Below are positions 51,989-61,348 of a stretch of 64,000 bases of DNA, piece after piece. Position 1 is the first letter of the stretch, and each line of letters starts with the position of its first letter. The DNA lies in the NCBI GenBank assembly GCA_033763455.1, contig JANRKO010000019.1, forward strand, positions 96,001 through 160,000, in the 5' to 3' direction. The notes below the pieces were generated by a model. It was not told the origin of the DNA, did no database searches, and saw only the letters and a program-made list of their open reading frames with translations. Made by a program: the position numbers and the translations under genes. Source of the DNA: Polyangiaceae bacterium. GTDB lineage: Bacteria > Myxococcota_A > Polyangia > Polyangiales > Polyangiaceae.

Positions 51989-52019
51989 TGCAAATTCATA
52001 GGTAACCTATGAATTTGCA
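51989..52019. promoter_or_regulatory. Perfect 31-bp palindrome (operator-like or recombination-site-like)
   Basis: TGCAAATTCATAGGT-A-ACCTATGAATTTGCA; AT-rich; ends 38 nt before the AAA/DUF4143 ATG. Confidence 0.7.
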
Positions 52020-52057
52020 TAGCCCAGTGGGCCCAGATTTGCTAGCTTGTCGTGGCG

Positions 52058-53239
52058 ATGATCATCCGCGAAGCGCATGGCCAGGCGGTTAGGCGTCTCC
52101 TGAAAGCCAACCGAGTTGTGGCATTGCTGGGTGCTCGGCAAGTGGGGAAAACCACGTTGGCGCGCCAAATTGGCGCGGCATTCGAGCACGATATTCACCA
52201 CTTCGACCTTCAGTCCGAGCGCGATCTTTCAAAGCTGCAAGATCCCTTGCTCGCCCTCGAGCCTTTGCGAGGATTGGTGATCCTGGATGAGGTTCAGCGC
52301 CGACCTGACATCTTCTCCACGCTTCGCGTGCTCGCTGACCGACCGCGAGGAGCGCGGTTCTTGGTCCTGGGGAGCGCATCGCCGGATCTATTGCGCCAAG
52401 GCTCGGAAACTCTCGCAGGTCGAATCGCATTTCACCAACTCGATGGGTTGAGCTTGGAAGAAGTGGGAGCAAGCCGAGCCAACGAGCTGTGGGTGCGAGG
52501 AGGATTCCCTCGGTCGTTCCTAGCTAGGACCAACGGGCAAAGCGTTCGCTGGCGACAAGACTTCATCAGCACCTTCCTCGAGCGAGACCTGCCTCAGCTG
52601 GGCGTGCGTGTGCCGGGAACGACTCTGCGACGATTCTGGTCCATGTTGGCGCACGTGCACGCGCAGGTCTTGAATTGGTCTGAGCTGGGACGTTCCATGG
52701 CTGTGACCGACATGACCGTTCGACACTATGTGGACCTGCTCGCAGCAACCTTCATGGTCCGCATATTACCTCCGTGGCATGAGAATCTATCCAAGCGTCA
52801 GGTAAAAGCTCCCAAGGTCTTCATCCGCGACTCGGGCATTTTGCACGTGCTTCTAGACATCGTTGGTGCGGAAACCCTCGAAGGTCATCCAAAAGTTGGA
52901 GCATCCTGGGAAGGATTTTGCATCGAGACGTTGATTAGCCACCTAGGAGCACGCGTCGAGCAATGTTATTTTTGGGCAACGCAAGCGGGCGCCGAGCTCG
53001 ATCTCTTGGTCGTCGCCGGAGGCCGCAGGATGGGCTTCGAGGTCAAACGAACGGTCTCCCCGAGAACGACAGCGTCCATGCACACCGCTTTGCGGGACCT
53101 CGGGCTTGATTCCTTGGATGTCATTCACGCAGGCCAGGAAACCTTCGCAATGGCCAAGGACATTCGGGCCGTCGCACTGCGGCGCATCGCGAACGACATC
53201 AAGCCCTTGCACCCAACACGTGCGGCGAAGGTTTCCTAG
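52058..53239 (+). CDS. AAA_14 ATPase with DUF4143 (HTH plus PD-(D/E)XK-like) C-terminus
   Basis: GARQVGKTT, ILDEVQ, LGSAS, ETLAGR, RGGFP, KAPKVFIRDSG, ELDLL...GFEVK. Confidence 0.92.
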   Translation: MIIREAHGQAVRRLLKANRVVALLGARQVGKTTLARQIGAAFEHDIHHFDLQSERDLSKLQDPLLALEPLRGLVILDEVQRRPDIFSTLRVLADRPRGARFLVLGSASPDLLRQGSETLAGRIAFHQLDGLSLEEVGASRANELWVRGGFPRSFLARTNGQSVRWRQDFISTFLERDLPQLGVRVPGTTLRRFWSMLAHVHAQVLNWSELGRSMAVTDMTVRHYVDLLAATFMVRILPPWHENLSKRQVKAPKVFIRDSGILHVLLDIVGAETLEGHPKVGASWEGFCIETLISHLGARVEQCYFWATQAGAELDLLVVAGGRRMGFEVKRTVSPRTTASMHTALRDLGLDSLDVIHAGQETFAMAKDIRAVALRRIANDIKPLHPTRAAKVS

Positions 53240-53316
53240 GCCCGTGGGACATCGCGCGGATTCGTGCCGCCCGCGGGCTGAACGTGGGCCAGGTGCGTGA
53301 CTCAACCCACGCAAGG

Positions 53317-54054
53317 CTAATAGGTAGCCCGCCCGCCTGACATATCAAACGTGAACCCGGTGGTGAAGCTCGCTTCGGGGGACACGATGAAGGCTGTAAG
53401 CGCCGCGATTTCCGCGAGCGTGCCGCAGCGCTTCATGGGGATCTTGTCGGTCATGTATTTTACATGGCCCGGATCCATACCTTCTACCATCGCTGTCCGG
53501 ATTACGGCGGGTGCGAGCGCGTTCACGGTGATGCCCGTCTCCGCGTATTCTTTTCCAATCGACTTTGCCAAACCGATAACGCCTGCTTTTGTCGAAGAAT
53601 ATGCGCTCATGCCCGCGTTGCCTTCTTTACCTGCGATCGAAGCAATCAAGAGAACTCGGCCGTAATTTCGCTTTTCCATGTACGGAATGGCATATTTGGC
53701 AACCAAGAAGGAGCCGCGAAGGTTCACGCGATACACGGCGTCAAATTCCTCCACGGATACATCCGTCAGCTTGCGCCCAGAGGGACCAACAATGCCGGCG
53801 CTGTTCACCACAACATCCAGGCGGCCCCACTTGGCGAAAACCTGCTCGTACGCACCTGCTACGGATTTCTCATCGGAAACGTCTCCGGCAATGGCTAAGC
53901 CCGAAAGCTCGCCGGCCGCTTTTTCCGCAAGAACAGGGTCACGATCAAAGACAGCAACTTTGGCGCCTTCATCTGCCAAAAGCTTGGCAATGGCTCGGCC
54001 CAGGCCGTCAGCCCCACCAGTAATAAAGGCTACCTGATCTTGAAATCGTTTCAC
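53317..54054 (-). CDS. SDR family NAD(P)-dependent oxidoreductase
   Basis: TGGADGLG, NSAGI, S...YSSTK, DMSGG. Confidence 0.93.
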   Translation of the reverse strand: MKRFQDQVAFITGGADGLGRAIAKLLADEGAKVAVFDRDPVLAEKAAGELSGLAIAGDVSDEKSVAGAYEQVFAKWGRLDVVVNSAGIVGPSGRKLTDVSVEEFDAVYRVNLRGSFLVAKYAIPYMEKRNYGRVLLIASIAGKEGNAGMSAYSSTKAGVIGLAKSIGKEYAETGITVNALAPAVIRTAMVEGMDPGHVKYMTDKIPMKRCGTLAEIAALTAFIVSPEASFTTGFTFDMSGGRATY

Positions 54055-55334
54055 GCGTGGGCTCCTAGAGGCAAAAGGTTGTCGCTGGAATCAAAGGCAA
54101 ATGGCTTTGGTGCGGAGGAAAGAGCGATATTCTTCTTACCCGAAAGCTCCCGGGCGATGGCTTCGGAGACCTGCATGTTCCCGAGTGAAAGCGAATCACG
54201 GATACGAATGACTCGAGCGGTGCGCGTATCCGGCAAAGCTAGCGTTGCCAGGGCATGGGCCAACACATCTTTATCCGTTTCAAAATGAATCGGGATTTTG
54301 GCGGCGAGAATGGCCTGCGAAGTGAGCGTGTTCATGTACATGGTGGGGTAATCGATGGCACGGACCAAGCGGCTGGTGGCAAAATCAGCCACGCCAATTC
54401 CGACCGCATTGCCGTGGGTTTCGGGCGTGAGGTCGCGCACGAAGATGCGCCGAATGAAGGGCTTTCGTGTGGGTTCCTGAATAAGCGAGGAAAAATACCC
54501 AAAACAATCCCGGCCGATCACGTTCGGATCGATGCCGGCGCCGCTGATGTTCTTACCCATGTAATCGACGATCAAAAGATCTACATCGTCGGTCGGAAGT
54601 TGGGGCATCAGAGCCCGCGCCTCATTAAGCAATTCTGGCTCACGCTGCTCGATGGCTTCAGCACGAACCACTTCGATGCGCTGCAGCTCGTGACGTTGAT
54701 TTTCGATCAACGCCACACTCCCAATGAACGGCGCTTTTTCAAGCTTTACGCGGGCCACGGTTTGGAGAACTTTGGGAAAAGGCACTCTTTGGCAGGCCAC
54801 GTGAAAAGCAGTTGCTCCTAGCTCTTTGCCCAAACCTACCGCAATCATCTTCATGATCCCGCTTTCGATAGGACCCCGGAATTCGGTGTGCGGCTTCACG
54901 CGGCAAACAACCAAAATTCCATCCGCCCGGAGAGCTTCGGCAGCCAAATGTACGGGGACCCCATCCGCAGTCTGCCCCACGAGCGTGGCTTCCATGCTTG
55001 CGCGTACCGGTACACCTAATGCTTGTTCGCTGATCCCGTAGCCGGCGAGTAACTCTGCCTGGCCTTCAGCTGTAGCGCCGCCGTGGCTCCCCATCGCGGG
55101 TACAATGAACGGCTCTGCCCCTGCGTCGCGTAGAAGTTGAATCACCTCGCGCACCACTTCGTCGAGCCGAGAAATCCCCCGGCTGCCCACGGCGATGGCG
55201 ATCTTGGCTCCGGGCCGAACATCTAGGTTCCAGGATCCTCTGAGCACAGCGCGGGCGTCGAGCGCAGGCGTTGGAGGAAAGCTTTGAGTCAGATCGAGCA
55301 GCTTAGGAAAATGGGTGTCAGGGATGCGTAACAT
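54051..55334 (-). CDS. LarA-like / DUF2088 (lactate-racemase-domain) protein
   Basis: IAIAVGSRGI, PAMGSHGGATAEGQ, RVKPHT, ESGIMKM...GLGK, GKNISGAGID; GTGA overlap with the SDR. Confidence 0.8.
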   Translation of the reverse strand: MLRIPDTHFPKLLDLTQSFPPTPALDARAVLRGSWNLDVRPGAKIAIAVGSRGISRLDEVVREVIQLLRDAGAEPFIVPAMGSHGGATAEGQAELLAGYGISEQALGVPVRASMEATLVGQTADGVPVHLAAEALRADGILVVCRVKPHTEFRGPIESGIMKMIAVGLGKELGATAFHVACQRVPFPKVLQTVARVKLEKAPFIGSVALIENQRHELQRIEVVRAEAIEQREPELLNEARALMPQLPTDDVDLLIVDYMGKNISGAGIDPNVIGRDCFGYFSSLIQEPTRKPFIRRIFVRDLTPETHGNAVGIGVADFATSRLVRAIDYPTMYMNTLTSQAILAAKIPIHFETDKDVLAHALATLALPDTRTARVIRIRDSLSLGNMQVSEAIARELSGKKNIALSSAPKPFAFDSSDNLLPLGAHA

Positions 55335-55555
55335 GGATGGATCAGGGCTCCGACCCCGCACTTTAGGCGTCCGGCCTTTGCCGACAACCCGGCAGCACGA
55401 AATTACAGAAGTTGACCGAAAGCCAGCCTAGTCGCGCTTTCAGCGCTGCTCGCCAACAGGTGGGCGGTCGGGGAGCGTTATAGGCCTCGGAGGGGCCCTG
55501 AATGGTGCCCAAGGGTGTGAGGTGACTTTCCCCGGGCCAAGGCTTAGGTTGACGT

Positions 55556-56050
55556 ATGCGCCCCGCGGACGATCCCGAGTTCTTTGAGCGCCCCGCCCCC
55601 GATGGGCGCAGCCGTGAGAGCTCGATCCGGCTGGATGCTCATGGAAATTTCTGGCACGCCGGCGATCGCGTCGAGAATCAACGTATGAGGAGCGCGTTTG
55701 GGCGCTGGGTTTCGCTTCACCCGAACGGGCGCTTCATCCTGAATAACGGCTACGATTGGAGCTATCTCTCGGTTGAGGATACGGGCTGGTTCGTGGTGCG
55801 AGTGCGGGACACAGAAGGCGGTCCGCGTTTAGTCTTTTCGGACGGCACCGAGCAGTTCCTCACTGAAAGTGAGCTCTTTAGGCTGCCCAACGAGGCACTC
55901 TACGCGCGGTTGCACGAACGAGGAATGAATGCCAGGTTCACGCGCGAAGCGGCTTTGATGCTCGGGCCGTGGCTCACCGAGTCTGAATCAGGCGCGTTGA
56001 GTATCCAAGTGGGTGGGCAAACCAACCCAATCAAGCTCTTCACGACCTGA
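55556..56050 (+). CDS. Hypothetical protein, DUF1285-like
   Basis: IRLDAHGNFWHAG...I/V, YLSVEDT, ARFTREA. Confidence 0.7.
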   Translation: MRPADDPEFFERPAPDGRSRESSIRLDAHGNFWHAGDRVENQRMRSAFGRWVSLHPNGRFILNNGYDWSYLSVEDTGWFVVRVRDTEGGPRLVFSDGTEQFLTESELFRLPNEALYARLHERGMNARFTREAALMLGPWLTESESGALSIQVGGQTNPIKLFTT

Positions 56051-56052
56051 CT

Positions 56053-56865
56053 TTACGTCTGCTTGGCTCGGAACGCCTCAAGTTCGGCGGCAAGGCTGCG
56101 GGCGCGTTCGGCCTCGGCATTCGCGCGCTCGGCCTCTGCATTGGCGCGCTCGGCCTCGGCATTAGCGCGTTCGGCTTCGGCATTGGCGCGAAGCTGCTGT
56201 GCCTGTTGCTGCTCCAAAGCCTGAGAAAGCTGGGCCTTCACAGCGTGCGCGGCTTCTTGCGGCATCGGCAAGGGTTGCCCGTCTGCATCTAGCCAACGAA
56301 GCCAATCGACATCGACCGCCCAAAGGCTGCTTCGCATCTTGCCCAACCAAAGCCCGAGCTGTGAGCATTTGAGATTGCCGTGTGCATCGGGGATCTTCGG
56401 GCGGTAGCCCGCCCCGGCAGCTTCCAGCTCATATCCCTCGAAAACACCCGAAAGTGGATCAAACAAGAAGTACTCCCCCACCTTGAGCAAGCGCCCATAC
56501 ACGCGCATCTTCTCGCCCCGGTCGACCGCTTCTGTCGTTTCCGACAAGAGCTCAATGATCACGTCCGGGGACTTTCCCTCTTCCTCCCAGACAACCCAAG
56601 CTTTTCGCTCTCTCCGCGTGGTGTTGAGCACCACGAATACATCGGGCCCCCGAAAATCGTTCCTGCGAGTCTGTGTTTCGCTGAAATAAAGGAACATATT
56701 TCCCCCCACGTAGTAGTCCGTTCGCTCCTGCCACGCGAACTCCAGCGATTCTATCAAGATCGCCATTTGTTGGCGATGGCGAGCCGATTCCATGGGCTCA
56801 CCGTCGTCCGTGACGAGCTGATCGGCGCCGGGGGGCATTACAAACGGGTGCGGGGGTTCGCTCAT
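56053..56865 (-). CDS. Uma2 family endonuclease-like protein with coiled-coil repeat tail
   Basis: DDGEPMES.RH, GPDVFVV, WEEEGKSPDVIIELLS, EYFLFDP. Confidence 0.92.
   Translation of the reverse strand: MSEPPHPFVMPPGADQLVTDDGEPMESARHRQQMAILIESLEFAWQERTDYYVGGNMFLYFSETQTRRNDFRGPDVFVVLNTTRRERKAWVVWEEEGKSPDVIIELLSETTEAVDRGEKMRVYGRLLKVGEYFLFDPLSGVFEGYELEAAGAGYRPKIPDAHGNLKCSQLGLWLGKMRSSLWAVDVDWLRWLDADGQPLPMPQEAAHAVKAQLSQALEQQQAQQLRANAEAERANAEAERANAEAERANAEAERARSLAAELEAFRAKQT
56100..56190 (-). repeat. Coding 21-nt repeat (RANAEAE) x4 in the Uma2 tail
   Basis: Translation RANAEAERANAEAERANAEAERANAEAERA with synonymous variation. Confidence 0.85.
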
Positions 56866-56934
56866 AGCGGGCCTTCATTGTAGCCGAAACTCATCGGCTG
56901 CGCGCTGGCTCAGTTGCGCGCATAGCGGGGCGCC

Positions 56935-58272
56935 CTAGCCGTCACTGGGCGCGAGCGCCTCAAGCTCCGGTTCCGTCTTTACTTGGCTCCACTCTAAGCG
57001 CTCTTCCTGCACGGCTTGGCCCAGAAGCACGGCTGCCAGCTCCGCGCGGCCGCCCCTAACCCAACCCCGAGCGGCGGAAAGAGCATCTTCAGGCAAGCGA
57101 CTCTGTCGGAAAAGGCTCTCGAAGAGCTGGGCCGCGGATTCGAATACTCCGGCTTCTAGGGTCTCGCTGCCCACTCTTCGCACATCCTCTTCGGCGAGCT
57201 GCTCCACACAGCCGGCCGCGAGAGCACATGCTTTTGGATATTCTTGGAGCTTGAGCCAGATGCGGATCAAGGCACCCACCACCTCCGCTCGTTGATCCCC
57301 CGCGCGGCGCGCTACAACCAACACCTGAGCGGCGCCTGTAAGATCTCCATCGAGCTCCCGAATAGATGCCTCAAGGAGCGCGTCAAGCTGTTGCCCAACA
57401 GGAGTCCGCGCCAGCACTGCACGGGCCTCTGCAGCGCGCCCAGCCATCACCGCGGACCAACCCGCGATGTCGAGGGCCTTGGTGCGCCAGGCGTCCGTGG
57501 GGGAGTTTTCAAAGACTGCCATAGCCATGGCCATGGCCTCGCCATAACGCTCGGATTCGCGCAGCGCGTGGGCGCGCGCCAAGATCTCCCGCAAGGCTTC
57601 TTCGGGCAGGGCGGGCCGTACGGGCGTGCGACGTGCGTGCACGTAGCTAAAGATCCCAGAAACCCCAAAAAGCAGGCCAGGCAGTGGCTGATTGAACAAA
57701 AAGAATGCCGCACTCAGCGCCAAACTCGCCACTAACGACACCGTCGCAGCGGTACCACGGCGTTCTGGCCCCAAGAACACGGCCATCGCTTGACCGCCAT
57801 CCATTGGCAAGATCGGCAGTAGATTCACGGCGCTGTAGAGGAACGCATACGTGAGCACCGTTGCGAGAAATGTGGGCAGGTTAGGAGTGGACTCCTGCAT
57901 GGATTGTACTGGCAGCTCATGCACACCCAGCGCAATCAGCCCGCCCCAAGCTAGGCCCCCCAGCAAAAAACCCGCAGCCGGCCCCGCTAACGCAACCCAG
58001 ATTTGGCGCCAACGTGGCAGCGGCGAAGTTTGCCGCCAAGCCGTGAGCCCACCAAATAGGTGCAGAAACACCACTGGCTCCTGACCAAACGCGCGCGCAA
58101 CCACCGCATGCCCGAACTCATGGCTCAGGATGCATAAGCCAAATGCACCTAAGAACATCAGCGCCCCCTGCACTGAATTGGATATTAGATACCCGAACAT
58201 CAGCGCAAGCATCCAAAAGCCAGGATGCACGTGAACGGGAAAGCCGAACAATCTAAAGCGAAAAACACCCAT
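56935..58272 (-). CDS. Site-2 protease (M50) with C-terminal TPR-like region
   Basis: HEFGH, VALAGP, NLLPILPMDGG. Confidence 0.92.
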   Translation of the reverse strand: MGVFRFRLFGFPVHVHPGFWMLALMFGYLISNSVQGALMFLGAFGLCILSHEFGHAVVARAFGQEPVVFLHLFGGLTAWRQTSPLPRWRQIWVALAGPAAGFLLGGLAWGGLIALGVHELPVQSMQESTPNLPTFLATVLTYAFLYSAVNLLPILPMDGGQAMAVFLGPERRGTAATVSLVASLALSAAFFLFNQPLPGLLFGVSGIFSYVHARRTPVRPALPEEALREILARAHALRESERYGEAMAMAMAVFENSPTDAWRTKALDIAGWSAVMAGRAAEARAVLARTPVGQQLDALLEASIRELDGDLTGAAQVLVVARRAGDQRAEVVGALIRIWLKLQEYPKACALAAGCVEQLAEEDVRRVGSETLEAGVFESAAQLFESLFRQSRLPEDALSAARGWVRGGRAELAAVLLGQAVQEERLEWSQVKTEPELEALAPSDG

Positions 58273-58295
58273 GCAGAGGAGCTCGGGTTAGCACA

Positions 58296-60140
58296 TCAGC
58301 GGTGGATGTACACGCCCGTTCCCTGCCCCATATCTGCCCCAATATTGACGCCATGCCAGCCATCCGGTACCGGTGGGTCACTCCACATGAACACATAACG
58401 TGCGTCAATCGGCGCCAAATTGACGCACCCGTGGCTCCGCGGGATCCCGAAAACATCGTGCCAATAGGCCCCATGGAGGGCATACCCCGAAGCAAAATAC
58501 TGGATCCATGGCACATCGCGCAGCTCGAAGCCTGCAGAGCCGCGCCGCACGGTAACACCATATTCTGGGTCGCGCCCTTTTTTAATGTTGGCCAGCCTTC
58601 TTCGATCTTCTTCGTCCAGGGGTTCTCCCCTTTTCTCAGCGGCCAGTAGGCGTTCCTTAACCCCGGAGTTATCCACCTTACTAACGTTCGTGTTGGAGCG
58701 GGTGCCACCCGCCACGCTCGAGTTTTCCTCTGAGTCCATCGCCGCGGCGATGTGTTTGCTGGTGAGCCGAAACGTACCTTGTGGCGTTGAAAGCGTTTCT
58801 TTTGGATCTCCAAAGCGATCCCGCCCCGTCGACACCAATGTGGCGTAGGTAGCGCGCTTGCCTTCGTAAAGAACCAGCGTCTGCTGCCCGAGCGAGACAT
58901 CGATCCATTTTTCGCCCTTCTCAGCAAATTCTGGCCATTCTGGGGGTGGAGCAACAATGCCAAGATCGCTCGCTTTGAGCCACATCAGCTTATCTTTGAG
59001 CGACTGATAGTAACGTTCACCGGCCTGGATCCGCGCATTCCCGGACAATGGGATCAGGGCTCGCCGGGGCACCTCTCCGGCCGGGCGAACCTCATCTCTG
59101 CCGCGCACCAACTGATAAGATTTCGTCTCTCGCTTGATAGCCCAGGCGAACGGCATATCGAGCCCTTTTGGAATTTCAATTCCGTGAAACGGGGAACCTG
59201 TATCGGGCTTCACCTTGGTTGTTGGGATCAAGCGCATGTCCACAGTCACGGCGAAGCTTCGCTTCAAGCCATCACTCTCCGTGTCAAACGCATCCACGAA
59301 GGAAAGCCCGGTTTTACGGCTCACGCGATCAGCGAAGTACGCGTATTCGGGCACTTGGTAGCCAGAAACGTTCGGCACTTGGCGGCCACCTTGGAGCCAA
59401 AATGGGATCTTTCCCTCCTTATCGCCGCCGAACAATTCGTTGCGCGTAAGCTCGGTAGAATTTCGAAAGCCGGGCGCTGGTTTTAACCCCGGCCGAGCAA
59501 TGCCCCGGGCATCGAGTGGTACGTCGTTGGCGCCGAGCTCCACTTGTTGTACCTCGTGTTCGTGTTCAGCATACCAAGCGAGGTGTTCTTCGAGCTTGAA
59601 CTCACTCTTGAGCTGCTCGGCTTTCGTAGGAATTCTGAGGTATTGCGGAGAAGCGGCGCGCACAAACCCATAGCTATACGGTAGCGGTCGATCGAGGTGC
59701 GGACGGCGCTGATTGGCCCGCACCAGCGGCGACTCAAGATCCGTAGTGGCGTCTTTGGTGCACACGTAACCCATGGGGTAAATGCGATACCACTGCCCTT
59801 TTTCGCACCCTCGGCCAGTAATCGCGTCCGGATCACGGCGCACGATTCCGCCGAGGCGAATGTAGCCTAGCCGCCGCGAGTTCTCGTCCGCCAGCTTGTA
59901 GACAGTGGTGGCGATCGTCGTGGCAGCCAATTTGGGCGCACTCTCTGGTGCTTGAGTGTCGAGCTCGCCGTGATCTACCTGAACACTCGAAAGCTTGGCG
60001 GGCGTACCATTGCTACTGGGTGTGTTCCCAAGAGCTTCCGTAGGAGCTTTCGGATCTTTGCCCAAGTTGGGTTTTTGGGGTTTGTTGCAGCCGAACCCGA
60101 AGACTAGAATTACCGCCGCGGCACGACCCATTACACGCAT
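58296..60140 (-). CDS. L,D-transpeptidase (YkuD) family lipoprotein
   Basis: FGC lipobox; [30 protein letters not shown]...SHGCVN. Confidence 0.9.
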   Translation of the reverse strand: MRVMGRAAAVILVFGFGCNKPQKPNLGKDPKAPTEALGNTPSSNGTPAKLSSVQVDHGELDTQAPESAPKLAATTIATTVYKLADENSRRLGYIRLGGIVRRDPDAITGRGCEKGQWYRIYPMGYVCTKDATTDLESPLVRANQRRPHLDRPLPYSYGFVRAASPQYLRIPTKAEQLKSEFKLEEHLAWYAEHEHEVQQVELGANDVPLDARGIARPGLKPAPGFRNSTELTRNELFGGDKEGKIPFWLQGGRQVPNVSGYQVPEYAYFADRVSRKTGLSFVDAFDTESDGLKRSFAVTVDMRLIPTTKVKPDTGSPFHGIEIPKGLDMPFAWAIKRETKSYQLVRGRDEVRPAGEVPRRALIPLSGNARIQAGERYYQSLKDKLMWLKASDLGIVAPPPEWPEFAEKGEKWIDVSLGQQTLVLYEGKRATYATLVSTGRDRFGDPKETLSTPQGTFRLTSKHIAAAMDSEENSSVAGGTRSNTNVSKVDNSGVKERLLAAEKRGEPLDEEDRRRLANIKKGRDPEYGVTVRRGSAGFELRDVPWIQYFASGYALHGAYWHDVFGIPRSHGCVNLAPIDARYVFMWSDPPVPDGWHGVNIGADMGQGTGVYIHR

Positions 60141-60394
60141 ACGATACCGGCGGTCATACCCCCCTCGTGAAAGCGGTCAAGGGCGGCGAACACCGCCGAC
60201 TCATGAAAACGCAGCGCCACTTTCGGTGGTACGGTTTGGGGGATTCCTCACATAAACGCGTATCGCCAATAGACACGAAGGGCCGCTCGATACCGGCATC
60301 CAACGACACGGCTTCTGGCGCCTCGGGGTCCAAGGCCGGACGACTTGCTGCTTGCTGTCTCAGTGCATTTGACCTAACCAGGCCCTCCAAGGAT

Positions 60395-60595
60395 ATGCAC
60401 CTAATCGTCAACGGAGAGCCGTACGAAGCGCCCCCAGGCCTCACCGTGCGGGGGTTGGTGGAACATCTGGGGCTCACAGAGGGTCCCGTGGCGGTTGAAC
60501 GCAATCGCGAGGTGGTGCCTCGTGCTGAGCACGCTGCAACACTGCTCGCTGAGGGCGACGTATTGGAAATTGTACATTTCGTCGGTGGCGGGTAG
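60395..60595 (+). CDS. thiS: Sulfur carrier protein ThiS
   Basis: MHLIVNGE...[12 protein letters not shown]...[21 protein letters not shown]. Confidence 0.93.
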   Translation: MHLIVNGEPYEAPPGLTVRGLVEHLGLTEGPVAVERNREVVPRAEHAATLLAEGDVLEIVHFVGGG

Positions 60596-60624
60596 ATCGG
60601 TGGCGGCTAGATGGTGGCGGGTAG
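60581..60624 (+). repeat. Three tandem copies of the thiS terminal 15 nt including the stop codon
   Basis: GTCGGTGGCGGGTAG / ATCGGTGGCGGCTAG / ATGGTGGCGGGTAG. Confidence 0.85.
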
Positions 60625-60646
60625 AAAGAGTAGCGTAGGTAAAGGC

Positions 60647-61348
60647 CTAGCCGTCAATGCGATCCCGCAAGCGATAGCCGACTCCAGGCTCGGTCACCAA
60701 ATACCTAGGCCGGCTTGGCTCACGTTCGAGTTTATGGCGCAATTGACCCATATAAACTCGTAAGTATTGTGTCTGATCGCCGAAGTTGGGCCCCCACACT
60801 TCGCGTAAGAGCTGACGATGGGTGATAACTTTCCCGCTGTGCTTCACCAACATCGCCAAGATCCTGTATTCGATGGGCGTGAGGTGCACCTCTTTCTCGT
60901 CGCAGAAAACCTGCCGCCGATTAAGGTCCACCTTAAGCTCGCCCACAGTGAACAGCGAGCTGCCGTCCGCTCCAGCTACCGCATGTCGCAGAGCAACGCG
61001 AATGCGCGCCAAGAGTTCACCGACGCCAAAAGGCTTCGTGAGATAATCGTCGGCGCCGAGGTCCAGCGCATGGATCTTATCTTCCTCCCGGCCGCGTGCC
61101 GAAATCACGATGATTGGAGTTTTTGACCACTCCCGGAGACGCTCGGTAACCACCAGGCCATCGAGATCGGGCAGTCCCAAATCCAAGAGAATGAGATCGG
61201 GGCTGTGAGCCGCTACGAGATTCAAGCCATCTTGGCCCGTTTCAGCCTCGATCACGCGATAGCCGTTGCTTGATAGCGAGGCCCTTAAGAAACGACGCAT
61301 TTGCGCTTCGTCCTCGATCACCACAATCGTCGACGGGTTCTCGCTCAT
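60647..61348 (-). CDS. kdpE: Response regulator KdpE
   Basis: IEDE, LDLGLPDLDG, GADDYLTKPF, HLTPIEY, YLRVYMGQLRHKLE, TEPGVGY; ATGA overlap with kdpD. Confidence 0.95.
   Translation of the reverse strand: MSENPSTIVVIEDEAQMRRFLRASLSSNGYRVIEAETGQDGLNLVAAHSPDLILLDLGLPDLDGLVVTERLREWSKTPIIVISARGREEDKIHALDLGADDYLTKPFGVGELLARIRVALRHAVAGADGSSLFTVGELKVDLNRRQVFCDEKEVHLTPIEYRILAMLVKHSGKVITHRQLLREVWGPNFGDQTQYLRVYMGQLRHKLEREPSRPRYLVTEPGVGYRLRDRIDG

Noticed and set aside
56100..56190. Uma2 tail repeat as a novel element
   Set aside because: Variable heptad coiled-coil tails are common in this Uma2 subfamily; recorded as a feature only.
60140..60394. TPP riboswitch upstream of thiS
   Set aside because: The conserved CUGAGA and CCUGAU...GCG-AGGGA elements were not found.
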